DNA from: Shigella phage SHFML-26
Sequence record: KX130862
Length of the DNA: 64,000 nt
Reading direction: 5' to 3' (one strand)
Of the stretch, positions 45,197-55,042 are shown piece by piece; positions within the stretch are counted from its first letter, which is position 1, and each line of letters opens with the position of its first letter. A program made the translations under genes and the position numbers. The notes beneath the pieces are model-generated. The model saw nothing but the letters and a program-made list of their open reading frames with translations. It made no database searches and was not told the DNA's origin.

Positions 45197-45943
45197 TTAT
45201 CCTCGGATAAGTTTAAAAATTGAACAATTTAGCGGGTATCCTCTTTTCAGTTTAAGTTTATCAATAAAAGACAAATTTTGATACCGCTCTACACCTTGAA
45301 TAATTTTATCACACATATCATATTGCATTTCTGCTTCTGACAACTTTTTCACAGTTTTCCAATCCGAGCCTTTAAGAAGAACGTTCAATTTAACAACTTC
45401 AGCGCCTTCTGCTATACGAGAACCATCAATACGAGCTTTGAGTGCTACAATCGTTAGCTTAATGTCTGAGGTTTGTTTTGATTTAGAAAGCTGAGAAATG
45501 TGTTCAATTCGGTTTTCACGTTTTTTCTGTATAGCTTTAATTTGATTATAAGTCTTTTTGATTTTAGCCCATTTCTTTTCATCTAAATTTAGTTTATAAA
45601 CTTTTTTCGCAGATGAACGACCAATTCGCAAAGCAAATAAATCACGCTTTTCAATCAACTCTTCTAAAGTATAATCAGAACGAAATGTATTGTACTTTTT
45701 CTTTACTGCAATAACATTCCCTTTAATGTATCCAACGTTATTATCAAAACGTTCTAATGATAATTTCTCTCCTTCAATACGATTATCAAAAGGTTCTCCT
45801 GAGTAAGCACAAACTTTTTGATCTAAAATGTTCTTAATGTAATTGAAGTCTAAGTTAAAATCTTTAGAACGTCTTTTTGCAGATGCCTGAGTATGCTCTA
45901 GACGACGTTTAATTTTACGAATTTGATTATTAGACAGCTTCAT
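45197..45943 (-). CDS. hypothetical basic protein (248 aa), Srd-like by position
   Basis: Track ORF between dda and modA; Lys/Arg-rich. Confidence 0.45.
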   Translation of the reverse strand: MKLSNNQIRKIKRRLEHTQASAKRRSKDFNLDFNYIKNILDQKVCAYSGEPFDNRIEGEKLSLERFDNNVGYIKGNVIAVKKKYNTFRSDYTLEELIEKRDLFALRIGRSSAKKVYKLNLDEKKWAKIKKTYNQIKAIQKKRENRIEHISQLSKSKQTSDIKLTIVALKARIDGSRIAEGAEVVKLNVLLKGSDWKTVKKLSEAEMQYDMCDKIIQGVERYQNLSFIDKLKLKRGYPLNCSIFKLIRG

Positions 45944-46066
45944 ATTTTTCTCACATCTTACGGACGGTTAACTACTTATACTATAACATTTTTACTTTAA
46001 CTTGTAAACAACTTTATGTAAAAATGCTTTAAAACTTTCATGGTATAATGAATCTAAGTCCTTCCA

Positions 46067-46669
46067 TTATAGATTAAATCCTTCAAAATCAAGAGTATAG
46101 ATAGTGTATGTTGAACACTTTTTGTACTCATATCTATCTGCAATTCTAAATACACTTCCAGCTGGTATCATTACTTCTTGTTCATCTGAAACTAATTCCA
46201 TATTACGATAACGATGACTATCCGGAAACTTAAAGTTTGGATTGTATTCTTTACAACGTAAAGCTTTTATAGCATACTCCTGGAAATTAAACACCATAGG
46301 AGCTTTGAATTCAAAAATAACTTGTGTGTTGTATTCTAATCCAGAAGCAAAATGTAGAGCTATATTTTTATCATATGAAGCTGATACTACTTTATCAAAT
46401 GTAATAATATCAATTCCTTGATTTAACACCTGTTTAATCTCAACTGGAACACCTCTCCAAAGAGGTTTATCGTTTGGAACCAAACGAGATTTGACTATTT
46501 CATTTAACCAAGAATGATCGTCTGGTTTATTAGTAATACAATGAATTAAAAGTTCAATTTCAGATAAATTAAATCCTTCGGAAAGTAATTCTTCACGAAT
46601 AGAAGCACGCACCGATGCATCCATTGATTTGATTTTAAAATCTTTTAATTGCATTGCTGAATATTTCAT
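46067..46669 (-). CDS. modA: ADP-ribosyltransferase ModA
   Basis: 200 aa with R ... S-x-S ... E-Q-E arrangement (LWRGVP, SASYD, DEQEVMIP). Confidence 0.7.
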   Translation of the reverse strand: MKYSAMQLKDFKIKSMDASVRASIREELLSEGFNLSEIELLIHCITNKPDDHSWLNEIVKSRLVPNDKPLWRGVPVEIKQVLNQGIDIITFDKVVSASYDKNIALHFASGLEYNTQVIFEFKAPMVFNFQEYAIKALRCKEYNPNFKFPDSHRYRNMELVSDEQEVMIPAGSVFRIADRYEYKKCSTYTIYTLDFEGFNL

Positions 46670-47289
46670 TCAACTACCTCAATATCATAAACTTTAAATG
46701 TTCCAAATGAATCGTGTAATTTTTCTTTTGAAATAGAAGTTATTTTATACTTTCCAATTGGAATCATCCATTCTTGTTCACGCACAATCATCATTAAGTT
46801 ATCAGTACGCTCTGAATCTAATCCATCAGTATCTTCATATGTATACTTAAACTCAGTATTAGGAGAAGAAAGTATAATATCGCTGATATGGTCAGAATAA
46901 TTAAAAGCTTTATCAGTTTTTAAGCGAAATATTATTTCAGTGAAATACTCAACATAAGAAAAACCACATGCTGTGTGCAAACTAGTAGTAAATGAATCTA
47001 CTCTGTTCGTTGAAAACACTTCTCCGACTTGTAAATCTTTAATGAGTTCTTTTGTCGATTTTGATATACCACGATATAACTGATATGGTGATTTAGTTAA
47101 ATGCTTTTTAATGATTTTATTCAACTGCTGATGAAGAGCTTCATTCTTTTTAGCTTCCATACATTGCCAAAGAATTGACTGTTCAAAGTCAGTAAATTTT
47201 TCACAGACCTTTTTATACATATCATATTGAAAATCAACGCTTTCAGCTTTTATAGATAACTGTTCAACATCTGCAAGATTAATAATCAT
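46666..47289 (-). CDS. modB: ADP-ribosyltransferase ModB
   Basis: 207 aa with LYRGIS, FSTNRVD, REQEWMIP motifs; tandem with modA. Confidence 0.7.
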   Translation of the reverse strand: MIINLADVEQLSIKAESVDFQYDMYKKVCEKFTDFEQSILWQCMEAKKNEALHQQLNKIIKKHLTKSPYQLYRGISKSTKELIKDLQVGEVFSTNRVDSFTTSLHTACGFSYVEYFTEIIFRLKTDKAFNYSDHISDIILSSPNTEFKYTYEDTDGLDSERTDNLMMIVREQEWMIPIGKYKITSISKEKLHDSFGTFKVYDIEVVE

Positions 47290-47356
47290 GATAGCCTCCG
47301 TATACTTCAGAAGCTATCATATCATTGTTAGAAAGGAAAGTAAACAACTTTTTGAA

Positions 47357-47539
47357 TTATTTTGCCCAAGGAGCCCAAGGCGGAGGGTCAAGATGGTATG
47401 AAGCTAGTTCTTCTAGAAGAGCATCTGGGGCTTCAATTCCATAATTCTGTAATACTATACGGTACTCTTTCTTATAATCACTAGAATCATTCTGGATATT
47501 CGTAGAATGATTATCTTCTAACATCTCAAATAAATCCAT
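47357..47539 (-). CDS. hypothetical protein (60 aa)
   Basis: Track ORF. Confidence 0.4.
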   Translation of the reverse strand: MDLFEMLEDNHSTNIQNDSSDYKKEYRIVLQNYGIEAPDALLEELASYHLDPPPWAPWAK

Positions 47540-47547
47540 ACTAATTC

Positions 47548-48030
47548 CTAGCGATAAAAACCAAAATAACGATTAGCTTCAATAATCTTTCTTTCTTCTT
47601 CAGACATTCTCCAGCGTAGTCCAACATCAAAATGAGCCCAGACCATCTTAACAAATGCATTTATATCTTTAATATCTTCAATAATGAATGTTTTACTTTT
47701 AGAAGGTTGACCTGCTAAATTAAGTGCTAATTTAACTTTATCGTCTTCAAACAGGGCAAAAAGACCATATTCATGAGCTCTTTTATAGCCTTTAATAGTT
47801 AAAGCTTCAGAAGAAGAAAACGGTGAATCAGTATTCTGTAAAATATCTTCAGTATGCTTTATAATTAGAATAACATTTTCTGGATATTTTCTTTCTTTTA
47901 TATCTTTAATTAAAAGATCCGGATTTTCTGCTAAAGGAATAATTAATGAGCATTTTTTATCAAGTGCATTTACTGATTTACCTTCTTTAGACATAAATTC
48001 TATTGAATAATGTTTTGCTACTTCAATCAT
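47548..48030 (-). CDS. hypothetical protein (160 aa)
   Basis: Track ORF. Confidence 0.5.
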   Translation of the reverse strand: MIEVAKHYSIEFMSKEGKSVNALDKKCSLIIPLAENPDLLIKDIKERKYPENVILIIKHTEDILQNTDSPFSSSEALTIKGYKRAHEYGLFALFEDDKVKLALNLAGQPSKSKTFIIEDIKDINAFVKMVWAHFDVGLRWRMSEEERKIIEANRYFGFYR

Positions 48031-48183
48031 GCGATTTCCTCTTGCCTACTAATGGACCATCAGGAATTTTGTTTTCCTGGATATATTTCTCATTTTCTTC
48101 CATCATTTTACTGCCAATTTTAAGAAGCAAATCCATTGCTTCATTTGCTTTAGCTTTAGCCTCTTCTAATATCATATCTCTGT

Positions 48184-48387
48184 TCACGATTTATCCCCAT
48201 AGATGTCTCTCATTAATTTAAGCGCTGAGCGTTCTAATTTCTTTTCTTTCTCAGCACTAATCATTGATTTCATCCATTCTTCCGATTCGTTCTGCATTTC
48301 TTTATTTACTTGTTCAACCCAACCATCATCAATGTACATTGAGTTTGGTCTATTGAACCATTCAAACATTTTCTTCAGAACTTTCAT
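48184..48387 (-). CDS. hypothetical protein (67 aa)
   Basis: Track ORF. Confidence 0.4.
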   Translation of the reverse strand: MKVLKKMFEWFNRPNSMYIDDGWVEQVNKEMQNESEEWMKSMISAEKEKKLERSALKLMRDIYGDKS

Positions 48388-48859
48388 TTGTTTTACCTAA
48401 AACAACAGTAGGAGCATCATCAAATTCATGAATTTTTAGCAAATTTGGATGTAAACTATTCCATACAGAAGAAATAAAGTATGATAAAGCGTCTTCACTC
48501 GCAATTATAAATTTATTTCCTTTATCTATTTTCCAACTATATACTGAATCATACGAATAAAATGATAAAGGTTTATTATTATAATGTTCTGTGCTAACGT
48601 TAATGTATTCTGATTTAGTAAATGCTTCAATTGCTCTAAACGGAATATTTGGCACAGTTTCAATAATACCAATCTTTTTAAGTTTTATTTCAGCATCTTC
48701 TGGAACTGGCATTGAAACGAAATTTTCTACGAGATACATTGGGTCACAATAACCCTTATCAATCATTACTGCTACAGTAATTGGAACATCTTTAGCAAAC
48801 GACATGCTATTACTGCTAATATACATTTCAAACAAAATCGCTTCCATAATTTTCCTCAA
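48362..48859 (-). CDS. hypothetical protein (165 aa)
   Basis: Track ORF. Confidence 0.5.
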   Translation of the reverse strand: MRKIMEAILFEMYISSNSMSFAKDVPITVAVMIDKGYCDPMYLVENFVSMPVPEDAEIKLKKIGIIETVPNIPFRAIEAFTKSEYINVSTEHYNNKPLSFYSYDSVYSWKIDKGNKFIIASEDALSYFISSVWNSLHPNLLKIHEFDDAPTVVLGKTNESSEENV

Positions 48860-49194
48860 TCACAAGATGTAGATGAACAACTAGAATCACAAGAACTTCC
48901 ACATGAATCGCCCGTCCATACATGAACAGGAACATTAGTGTCATATGAATCAGAACTAGACTGTGTATTCTGCGTATTAGATGATGTAGGTGTTGACCAG
49001 CGCCAAGGATTTTTATAATATTCTTGGGCTTCTTCATAAGTCATAGTAACTGCTTCTACTGTTCCATCTCCCATATAAACATATTCAACTACAGTTAAAG
49101 GAAGGTAGTCATTTGAAATAGGAACTACACCTTCTCCGGGAGTTGTAGAGAAAAAATCCGTAAAGAAACTTTTAAACCAATTAAAGATAAACAT
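48856..49194 (-). CDS. hypothetical protein (112 aa) with Ser/Cys-rich C-terminal tail
   Basis: C-terminus ...[20 protein letters not shown]. Confidence 0.5.
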   Translation of the reverse strand: MFIFNWFKSFFTDFFSTTPGEGVVPISNDYLPLTVVEYVYMGDGTVEAVTMTYEEAQEYYKNPWRWSTPTSSNTQNTQSSSDSYDTNVPVHVWTGDSCGSSCDSSCSSTSCD

Positions 49195-49400
49195 TACAAA
49201 AAGCCTCTTTTGAATTCAACTTGCTTCTCGCCATAATCATATCGAATCTCTGCATTAAATTCAACAGAACCATCTGCGTACATCATAAATGAATGCACAA
49301 CAACTTCTGTAGACCATGGCTGTAGTTCATATTTCTTCATTACATGCCGTGAAATGATAATATCTAAATCTTCATTTGGTTTAATCCAGCGATTTAACAT
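49194..49400 (-). CDS. hypothetical protein (68 aa)
   Basis: Track ORF. Confidence 0.45.
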   Translation of the reverse strand: MLNRWIKPNEDLDIIISRHVMKKYELQPWSTEVVVHSFMMYADGSVEFNAEIRYDYGEKQVEFKRGFL

Positions 49401-49498
49401 AGTGCTCTCCTCTATAAGATAATTCTATTATACCATACTCATTTTGGAAAGTAAACCGGTAAAATGAAAAAAGGACTCCCGAAGGAGTCCTTGAATTA

Positions 49499-49735
49499 TT
49501 AACCACCTATTTCTGTAGGCGTAAACATTGCAGCATTCTTAGTTTTCCAAGTTGCTGCATCGGAAACTACATCAGAATAAGCTGCTTTTTCTGAAGGAAA
49601 GATTTGATAATGAGAATCTGCAATACGGTGTTCATTTGAATATACATCAAATGCTACAGAAACTTCCATACCTTTAACTTCTTTGCCTTCACCCGCTGGA
49701 TGAGTAAAGGTCTTGATGTTAACGAAACCACCCAT
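49499..49735 (-). CDS. soc: small outer capsid protein Soc
   Basis: 78 aa with the pattern FVNIKTF...KE.SVAF..YS..H.I...HYQ.FPSEKAAYS shared with T4 Soc. Confidence 0.8.
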   Translation of the reverse strand: MGGFVNIKTFTHPAGEGKEVKGMEVSVAFDVYSNEHRIADSHYQIFPSEKAAYSDVVSDAATWKTKNAAMFTPTEIGG

Positions 49736-49774
49736 AATAAACTCCTTTATTGTTTAATTACAGGTGTATTTATA

Positions 49775-49948
49775 TCAGTCTTCAATGAAAACTTGTGCCA
49801 GGAATTCGTGTTCATCTTGAATTTGTTTATATAAAGCCATTACAGCATTTATATTAGAGCTATCTACTTTAAGTTGATAGGCATACCACTCGTATAAATT
49901 AATTAAAGCTTTTTGTCGTCTAATAAATTCTTCTTTGGATATTTTCAT
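49775..49948 (-). CDS. small hypothetical protein (57 aa)
   Basis: Hand-translated; ATG overlaps the stop of 49945..50145 (ATGA). Confidence 0.35.
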   Translation of the reverse strand: MKISKEEFIRRQKALINLYEWYAYQLKVDSSNINAVMALYKQIQDEHEFLAQVFIED

Positions 49949-50145
49949 TTTGAATGCTCTATAATTAATTTTAAGGCTTCTTTACTGACAAAAATTTCAT
50001 CAAGACCTTCTTCTACACCCCAATCAACTACACGAAGCTGATTAGATAAGAGCTCGTATGTGAGCTCCTTGTCATAATTTTTAAATAGCTGGTCAATACG
50101 TTTCTTGTGGGCTTTCTTAAGCTGGCGTTTATTTAAACGAGCCAT
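49945..50145 (-). CDS. hypothetical protein (66 aa)
   Basis: Track ORF immediately downstream of gene 56. Confidence 0.45.
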   Translation of the reverse strand: MARLNKRQLKKAHKKRIDQLFKNYDKELTYELLSNQLRVVDWGVEEGLDEIFVSKEALKLIIEHSK

Positions 50146-50663
50146 TAATAACCTCGGTCTTGACGAGCGAAGTTTTCAGCATTTTTCAGATAATAAAGTT
50201 TAAAGATTTCTTCAGCCGTAAGACCGAGGCCTTGGAACATGTTCAGAACGAAATGAAGAATATCAATCATTTCGAATTTAATTTCCAACTGGTCTTGTGG
50301 AGACAAATCAGTAATCAGAGTTTCACGTCGTTCACCATGTTGAGCTTTCCAAGGCTTCCATACAGCAGATGCATCTTTTTCACCATTGCTCATACCACCA
50401 AGAGAAGTCAATAGTTCGCGGAATTCATCATCAATATAATCTTTCTGATTACGCAGCCAATCAACAACTTCACCCGCAGTAGCCAAATCATCAGGATGAC
50501 GGTTATATTCAGGTTTATCTTTAGCTAAACGAACCTGCAGAGATTTCTGCATATCAAGCATAACTTGCAACGGGTCTTTTTCATCACCGAGAATATCCCA
50601 GTATTCATTTTGAGCTTTATCAGCGCCTTCAATCAGTTGTGAACATTCATTAAAGTATGCCAT
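50145..50663 (-). CDS. 56: dCTP pyrophosphatase (dCTPase-dUTPase) gp56
   Basis: MAYFNECSQLIEGADKAQNEYWDILGDEKDPLQVMLD...EIFKLYYLKNAENFARQDRGY; track ORF trimmed to Met with AAGGAAA RBS. Confidence 0.85.
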   Translation of the reverse strand: MAYFNECSQLIEGADKAQNEYWDILGDEKDPLQVMLDMQKSLQVRLAKDKPEYNRHPDDLATAGEVVDWLRNQKDYIDDEFRELLTSLGGMSNGEKDASAVWKPWKAQHGERRETLITDLSPQDQLEIKFEMIDILHFVLNMFQGLGLTAEEIFKLYYLKNAENFARQDRGY

Positions 50664-50734
50664 TATTTTTCCTTTCAATTCATGGGTTAGTAGATTAATT
50701 ATACAATAAATATATAAAGCAATAAGGAGGATAT

Positions 50735-50935
50735 ATGGTACAAAAATTAATGGCACTTGTTAATGCCATAAAAGGTAATAAAAAACGTATAGCTTTTACT
50801 ATTTCTGCTATGGTAGGAATTTTACTCTGGAATTTTGTTTTATCACCAATTGCTATTGCTCATGGTGTTAATATTCCAGTAATTACTCTTGATACATTCG
50901 TAGATTTAGCATTTGCTTTAGTTGGGTTAATTTAA
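50735..50935 (+). CDS. small hydrophobic protein (66 aa) on the opposite strand
   Basis: Strong SD AAGGAGG 6 nt upstream of ATG; two predicted TM segments; sits in the 56-61 intergenic gap. Confidence 0.5.
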   Translation: MVQKLMALVNAIKGNKKRIAFTISAMVGILLWNFVLSPIAIAHGVNIPVITLDTFVDLAFALVGLI

Positions 50936-51960
50936 ATCTTAGCGTATTTAGATAGCCGCATTTTAGCCATCAACCCTTGGGCAATATTATTTTTCATATA
51001 TTCCATAATTTGTTTAGGGGTTGCACCTTCCTTTCTAATCATATCATTAACATCTTTTGATTTCCAGGGAGATTTATCCCAAAACATAACCCTTTCTCCT
51101 GCATCAACTAATTTAGTCATTCGTTTAATAGTGTCAGGGTGACGAGGTTCATTATCTAAAACCCATACACGTCTATCTTTAAATGGAACAATTTCTAGGT
51201 CTAATTGACCACCCGTAATAGCTATACCATTTTCAATAAAAAGTGAATCTATAGGTCCTTCTAGAACATATACATCACCATCTTTGACTCGTTCGACTCC
51301 ATAAATTTTTGTTGCCTCAGGATAAGCTTTGATGGTGATATATTTTTGAGGAGCATCTTTCTTTAATGCACGTCCTTGAAAAGACTCAGCTTTTCCGTTA
51401 GCATTATAAATTGGAATAACAAGACGAGGCTCAGGTATTTCCTTTTTATATGTTCCTGGCGCTATACTATTAACTAATTTAGGCCATTCGGTTGTAAACC
51501 AAAGATATTTCCATTTATCCTTTGGAATACAACGAGCTTTTACATATTTTATAATTGGATGGTCTTCCGCCAGTTTATCTAATCTAATGCATGACGGAAG
51601 AGATTTAATTATTTTCTTCTCAGGTTGTTTAGGAAGTTCTTTAGGTTTTTCTACTGGACGACTTTTACCTTTTTCCTTTCTTATTTCAAAGATATACTCA
51701 CGATATAAATCAGGTTCAAACTCCTTTAAATATATTCCGATTGGTGCATGATAGTTACAGTTATAACAATGAATATTTCCTTCATTATTATCGCCATAAT
51801 ACCATCCACGGGCTTTATTTTGGTCGGTTTTTGAATCTCCACAAACAGGACATCTAAACCGTAATTTAAAAGTTGAACTATTATTTACTTGTGTGAATTT
51901 AGGTAAATGAGCTAATGCACGGTATGCAAACTCATTATCAATCCAAGGTATTGATGACAT
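50932..51960 (-). CDS. 61: DNA primase gp61
   Basis: 342 aa with N-terminal zinc-ribbon CPVCGDS...CYNCNYH and TOPRIM region. Confidence 0.9.
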   Translation of the reverse strand: MSSIPWIDNEFAYRALAHLPKFTQVNNSSTFKLRFRCPVCGDSKTDQNKARGWYYGDNNEGNIHCYNCNYHAPIGIYLKEFEPDLYREYIFEIRKEKGKSRPVEKPKELPKQPEKKIIKSLPSCIRLDKLAEDHPIIKYVKARCIPKDKWKYLWFTTEWPKLVNSIAPGTYKKEIPEPRLVIPIYNANGKAESFQGRALKKDAPQKYITIKAYPEATKIYGVERVKDGDVYVLEGPIDSLFIENGIAITGGQLDLEIVPFKDRRVWVLDNEPRHPDTIKRMTKLVDAGERVMFWDKSPWKSKDVNDMIRKEGATPKQIMEYMKNNIAQGLMAKMRLSKYAKI

Positions 51961-51962
51961 TT

Positions 51963-52127
51963 TTACTCTTCTTTTTCTTTAGATTCCTCTTTTTTCTTTT
52001 TAGGAATCTGTTCAGGACCTTTATTTACTACAGCGCCTGACGTTGTTCCAGTGGAGATATTTTCAGGATTACCACCTGAATCTCCAGCTACCATATCTTC
52101 TTTAATAAATTCTTTATATGTTTTCAT
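51963..52127 (-). CDS. small hypothetical protein (about 54 aa, Lys/Glu-rich tail)
   Basis: Hand-translated ORF directly upstream of gene 61. Confidence 0.4.
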   Translation of the reverse strand: MKTYKEFIKEDMVAGDSGGNPENISTGTTSGAVVNKGPEQIPKKKKEESKEKEE

Positions 52128-52128
52128 A

Positions 52129-52755
52129 TTAACCTCTATTCATAAAAGCATTAAAAATTTGGTCATCAATAGAAACATCTACTTTAGACTGTTTTTCTGA
52201 TGGTAATTCATATCCACATATTACAATTTTGTGATCAATATCAAAATACACAGAAGCAATATGATTAATGATGTTTTCAGTAAAGTCTAAATCAACATCA
52301 ATATCTTTTTGACCACAGCCCAAAGGATAAATAATGCGAGTAATTCGATTATCTTTAACAAAGATTCCACCGACATACTCTGTGCTGTGTTTAAAGTCTA
52401 CACGCCGACGAAATGAAAAATATTCAGGCTCTTTATGAGCTCTGCTCATAGGACACAACGAGTAACTAGAATAAGAGATGTCAAATCCTACGCCTTCGAT
52501 ATGAGCCAAAGTGTCATGATTAAACCAATTATAATCGTACGCCAAATCCATTAGATTATAATATGTAAAAGGCACCGGATTAACATCATTAGTCACAAGC
52601 ATATAATTAGCAACTGCTATAATTTCATTGTTTTTAACGAATACAAACCGTGATTGATGTGAATGACCCGGACCCGCGTTTTCACGATTAATGATATAAC
52701 ACTGGGCACCTTTATATTTGTATGTATCTTTACACTTGTGCATTTGATAGAGCAT
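52129..52755 (-). CDS. hypothetical protein (208 aa), 61.2-like by position
   Basis: Track ORF; position and length fit T4 gene 61.2. Confidence 0.5.
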   Translation of the reverse strand: MLYQMHKCKDTYKYKGAQCYIINRENAGPGHSHQSRFVFVKNNEIIAVANYMLVTNDVNPVPFTYYNLMDLAYDYNWFNHDTLAHIEGVGFDISYSSYSLCPMSRAHKEPEYFSFRRRVDFKHSTEYVGGIFVKDNRITRIIYPLGCGQKDIDVDLDFTENIINHIASVYFDIDHKIVICGYELPSEKQSKVDVSIDDQIFNAFMNRG

Positions 52756-53048
52756 TATTCACCTACTACTTCAGCAATGATATTTTTATTATTAAAGTTT
52801 TTATCGCAATACAGAACATAATTATACTGCATTACACCACCAGACTTAAGCTGTTTTTGTACTTCAGCTTTCATTTCAGGACGATCACGCTCAACGATAT
52901 TCATAATATCTGCTTCAATTTGAGTTTCAACCTCAGTCTGATCTGCAGTCATAGACCATTCGCACAAATCTTTGTCATAACCCGCCATAGCAGGCTGAGC
53001 AGCGCAAGAAGATAAAGCAAAAATTGCAGCAAAGATAAATTTTTTCAT
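52755..53048 (-). CDS. sp: secreted 97-aa protein, spackle-like
   Basis: Signal peptide MKKFIFAAIFALSSCAAQPAMA; size and position fit T4 sp. Confidence 0.6.
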   Translation of the reverse strand: MKKFIFAAIFALSSCAAQPAMAGYDKDLCEWSMTADQTEVETQIEADIMNIVERDRPEMKAEVQKQLKSGGVMQYNYVLYCDKNFNNKNIIAEVVGE

Positions 53049-53111
53049 GATAATCTCCTCAGTAGTTTATATTTATAGTATCTCAATTTCCAATAAAAGT
53101 AAACAGTTATT

Positions 53112-53363
53112 TTAAAACTTCTGCAAATCACATGTTACAAACTGTTTCTCTAACTTGGCGATTTTACGAAAGTATCTTTTGCATTGACGAATCTGTCGCT
53201 TTGTAGGGCGCACAACAAACTTAATAAATTCCACTCGACCAAATGGAGGGCTTTCTTCTGCCGGAATATCTAATACTAATTCCCACGTATCTGCAATAAG
53301 TGCTTTGAATTGAGTATTTTTCCTGACGTTATACGGAGTAGGTTTAAATAAAACAATATGCAT
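53112..53363 (-). CDS. small basic protein (83 aa), 61.4-like by position
   Basis: Track ORF 53112..53405 trimmed to Met with GAGGA RBS just after the dmd stop; Lys/Arg-rich. Confidence 0.5.
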   Translation of the reverse strand: MHIVLFKPTPYNVRKNTQFKALIADTWELVLDIPAEESPPFGRVEFIKFVVRPTKRQIRQCKRYFRKIAKLEKQFVTCDLQKF

Positions 53364-53364
53364 A

Positions 53365-53547
53365 TTATCCTCGGCAATCCACTTCACATACTTTCTTGTC
53401 ATCAATGAAAGCTTTAACTAATGCTTTATTAACTTCAGCATATTGAGTAGTAGCCCATTGAACGTCATCTTTCATCATTGTGATCTCTTTAGTAAACATG
53501 CTTTCGTTCTTAAACCACCCCATAAAAACTACCTTTACCAATTCCAT
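53365..53547 (-). CDS. dmd: Dmd (antitoxin against host RnlA/LsoA)
   Basis: 60 aa MELVKVVFMGWFKNESMFTKEITMMKDDVQWATTQY... Confidence 0.75.
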   Translation of the reverse strand: MELVKVVFMGWFKNESMFTKEITMMKDDVQWATTQYAEVNKALVKAFIDDKKVCEVDCRG

Positions 53548-53605
53548 AACAATCTCCTCATTTAACCAACAAGACTACTATACCATAGTCTTGTCAGCTT
53601 GTAAA

Positions 53606-55033
53606 CTAAAATTTTAATTCATTTGCCAAAGCATCTAACTGAGCTCGAGCGGATTCGTTTCTTTGATAGCGATTCTGTTCAGCCTGAATCTGCTGTGAAC
53701 CTGCTACTTCGTTCACTTCAGTTGGAGTAGAATCTTGTTCAATTTCTACCCATTTCTGATTTCCTTTTTGAACACCCATCAAAAACTTATTCCATTTATT
53801 CTTATCACCGTATCGTGATTTGATTTGCTTAATAAGTTGTTGTTCAGCAGCTGCTAGCTCCTCGGTTTCAATGACCGCAAGCATAAAATCGGCTGTTGCT
53901 GGAAGGCCGGCAGATTCTGCAATATCGCTCATGTTAACATCAGAAGAGTCCCAAGCTTGTTTACCAACCTGTGCTGCGGTCCAAAGAACAGTTTCGGTTT
54001 CAACAGCCAGAGCACGCAATTCCTCTGCGATAGCTTTAACAGTTGTGTAACTATTTTCTGAATAAACTCTGATGCGGCAAGATTTACAAATACCCAGATA
54101 GTCAACAATAATGATTGTTGGAACAAAATTCTTCTTGAGCTTCAATTCATTCAAGAGAGACCTGAATGTATTAGCGTCTGCTCCACCAGTAGGATACTGT
54201 TTAACGATTAAACGTCCAAGAGTAGATTTCTCACGCCATTTTTCCATTTTTCCTTTATACTCAGCGTAAGAAATATGCCCATCATCAATGTCATCAAGAG
54301 AAACATCAAGCATATTAGCATCAATACGCTTAGCACAGACTTCTTCTGCCATTTCCATGGAAATGTAAAGAACATTATGTCCGAGCTGCAAATAATCTGC
54401 TGCCAATGAACACAGACCTAATGACTTACCGACGTTAACACCAGCCATTAAAACGTTCAGTGTTCCAGTTTCAGCTCCACCTTTAGTAATTTTATTTAGA
54501 ATTTTGAGTCTAAATGGAACCTTACGAGCTTTATTCATATAAGATAGCCAACGTGCTTCGTAGTCATCCATCCAATCATGACCAACGTAACTATCAAATG
54601 AAATTGATAATGCTTGGCGCATGATGTCAGGAATAGCACCTACATCTGGCATTTTCTTATTTCGTTTTTCCGGAGGAAGCTCAGCATTAGTTTGAATTTC
54701 AATTATTTTAGACGTAGCATTAAACATCGCCCTTTGCTGAACATATTTTTCTGTTTCTTTTACTAACCAGCTATGGTCTTCTGGAGAATCGGCTAGTTTC
54801 GAAATAAGTGTTTTTACACCAGAATATTCTGTTTCAGTAAATGAACTATTTTCTAATGCAACATTTAACGCATTAATAGATGGAACGCTATGGTACTCAT
54901 TAACATGAGATTTAATTAATTTGAATGTATTTTTAGCTGGACCACTTTCAAAATATTCTGAATCCATATATGGCCAAACTTTTGAAAAATAAGCTTGATC
55001 AAATATGAGATGAGAAAGAATAATTTCTACCAC
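53606..55033 (-). CDS. 41: replicative DNA helicase gp41
   Basis: 475 aa DnaB-family with Walker A GVNVGKS. Confidence 0.95.
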   Translation of the reverse strand: MVEIILSHLIFDQAYFSKVWPYMDSEYFESGPAKNTFKLIKSHVNEYHSVPSINALNVALENSSFTETEYSGVKTLISKLADSPEDHSWLVKETEKYVQQRAMFNATSKIIEIQTNAELPPEKRNKKMPDVGAIPDIMRQALSISFDSYVGHDWMDDYEARWLSYMNKARKVPFRLKILNKITKGGAETGTLNVLMAGVNVGKSLGLCSLAADYLQLGHNVLYISMEMAEEVCAKRIDANMLDVSLDDIDDGHISYAEYKGKMEKWREKSTLGRLIVKQYPTGGADANTFRSLLNELKLKKNFVPTIIIVDYLGICKSCRIRVYSENSYTTVKAIAEELRALAVETETVLWTAAQVGKQAWDSSDVNMSDIAESAGLPATADFMLAVIETEELAAAEQQLIKQIKSRYGDKNKWNKFLMGVQKGNQKWVEIEQDSTPTEVNEVAGSQQIQAEQNRYQRNESARAQLDALANELKF

Positions 55034-55042
55034 ACTTACTCC

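Noticed and set aside
46010-46045. Plus-strand MotA-box-like TGCTTTA plus TATAAT about 12 bp downstream, suggesting a middle promoter firing antisense into modA
   Set aside because: No plus-strand coding potential downstream; the same region reads as an early promoter on the minus strand, so the match is probably a by-product of the AT-rich promoter region.
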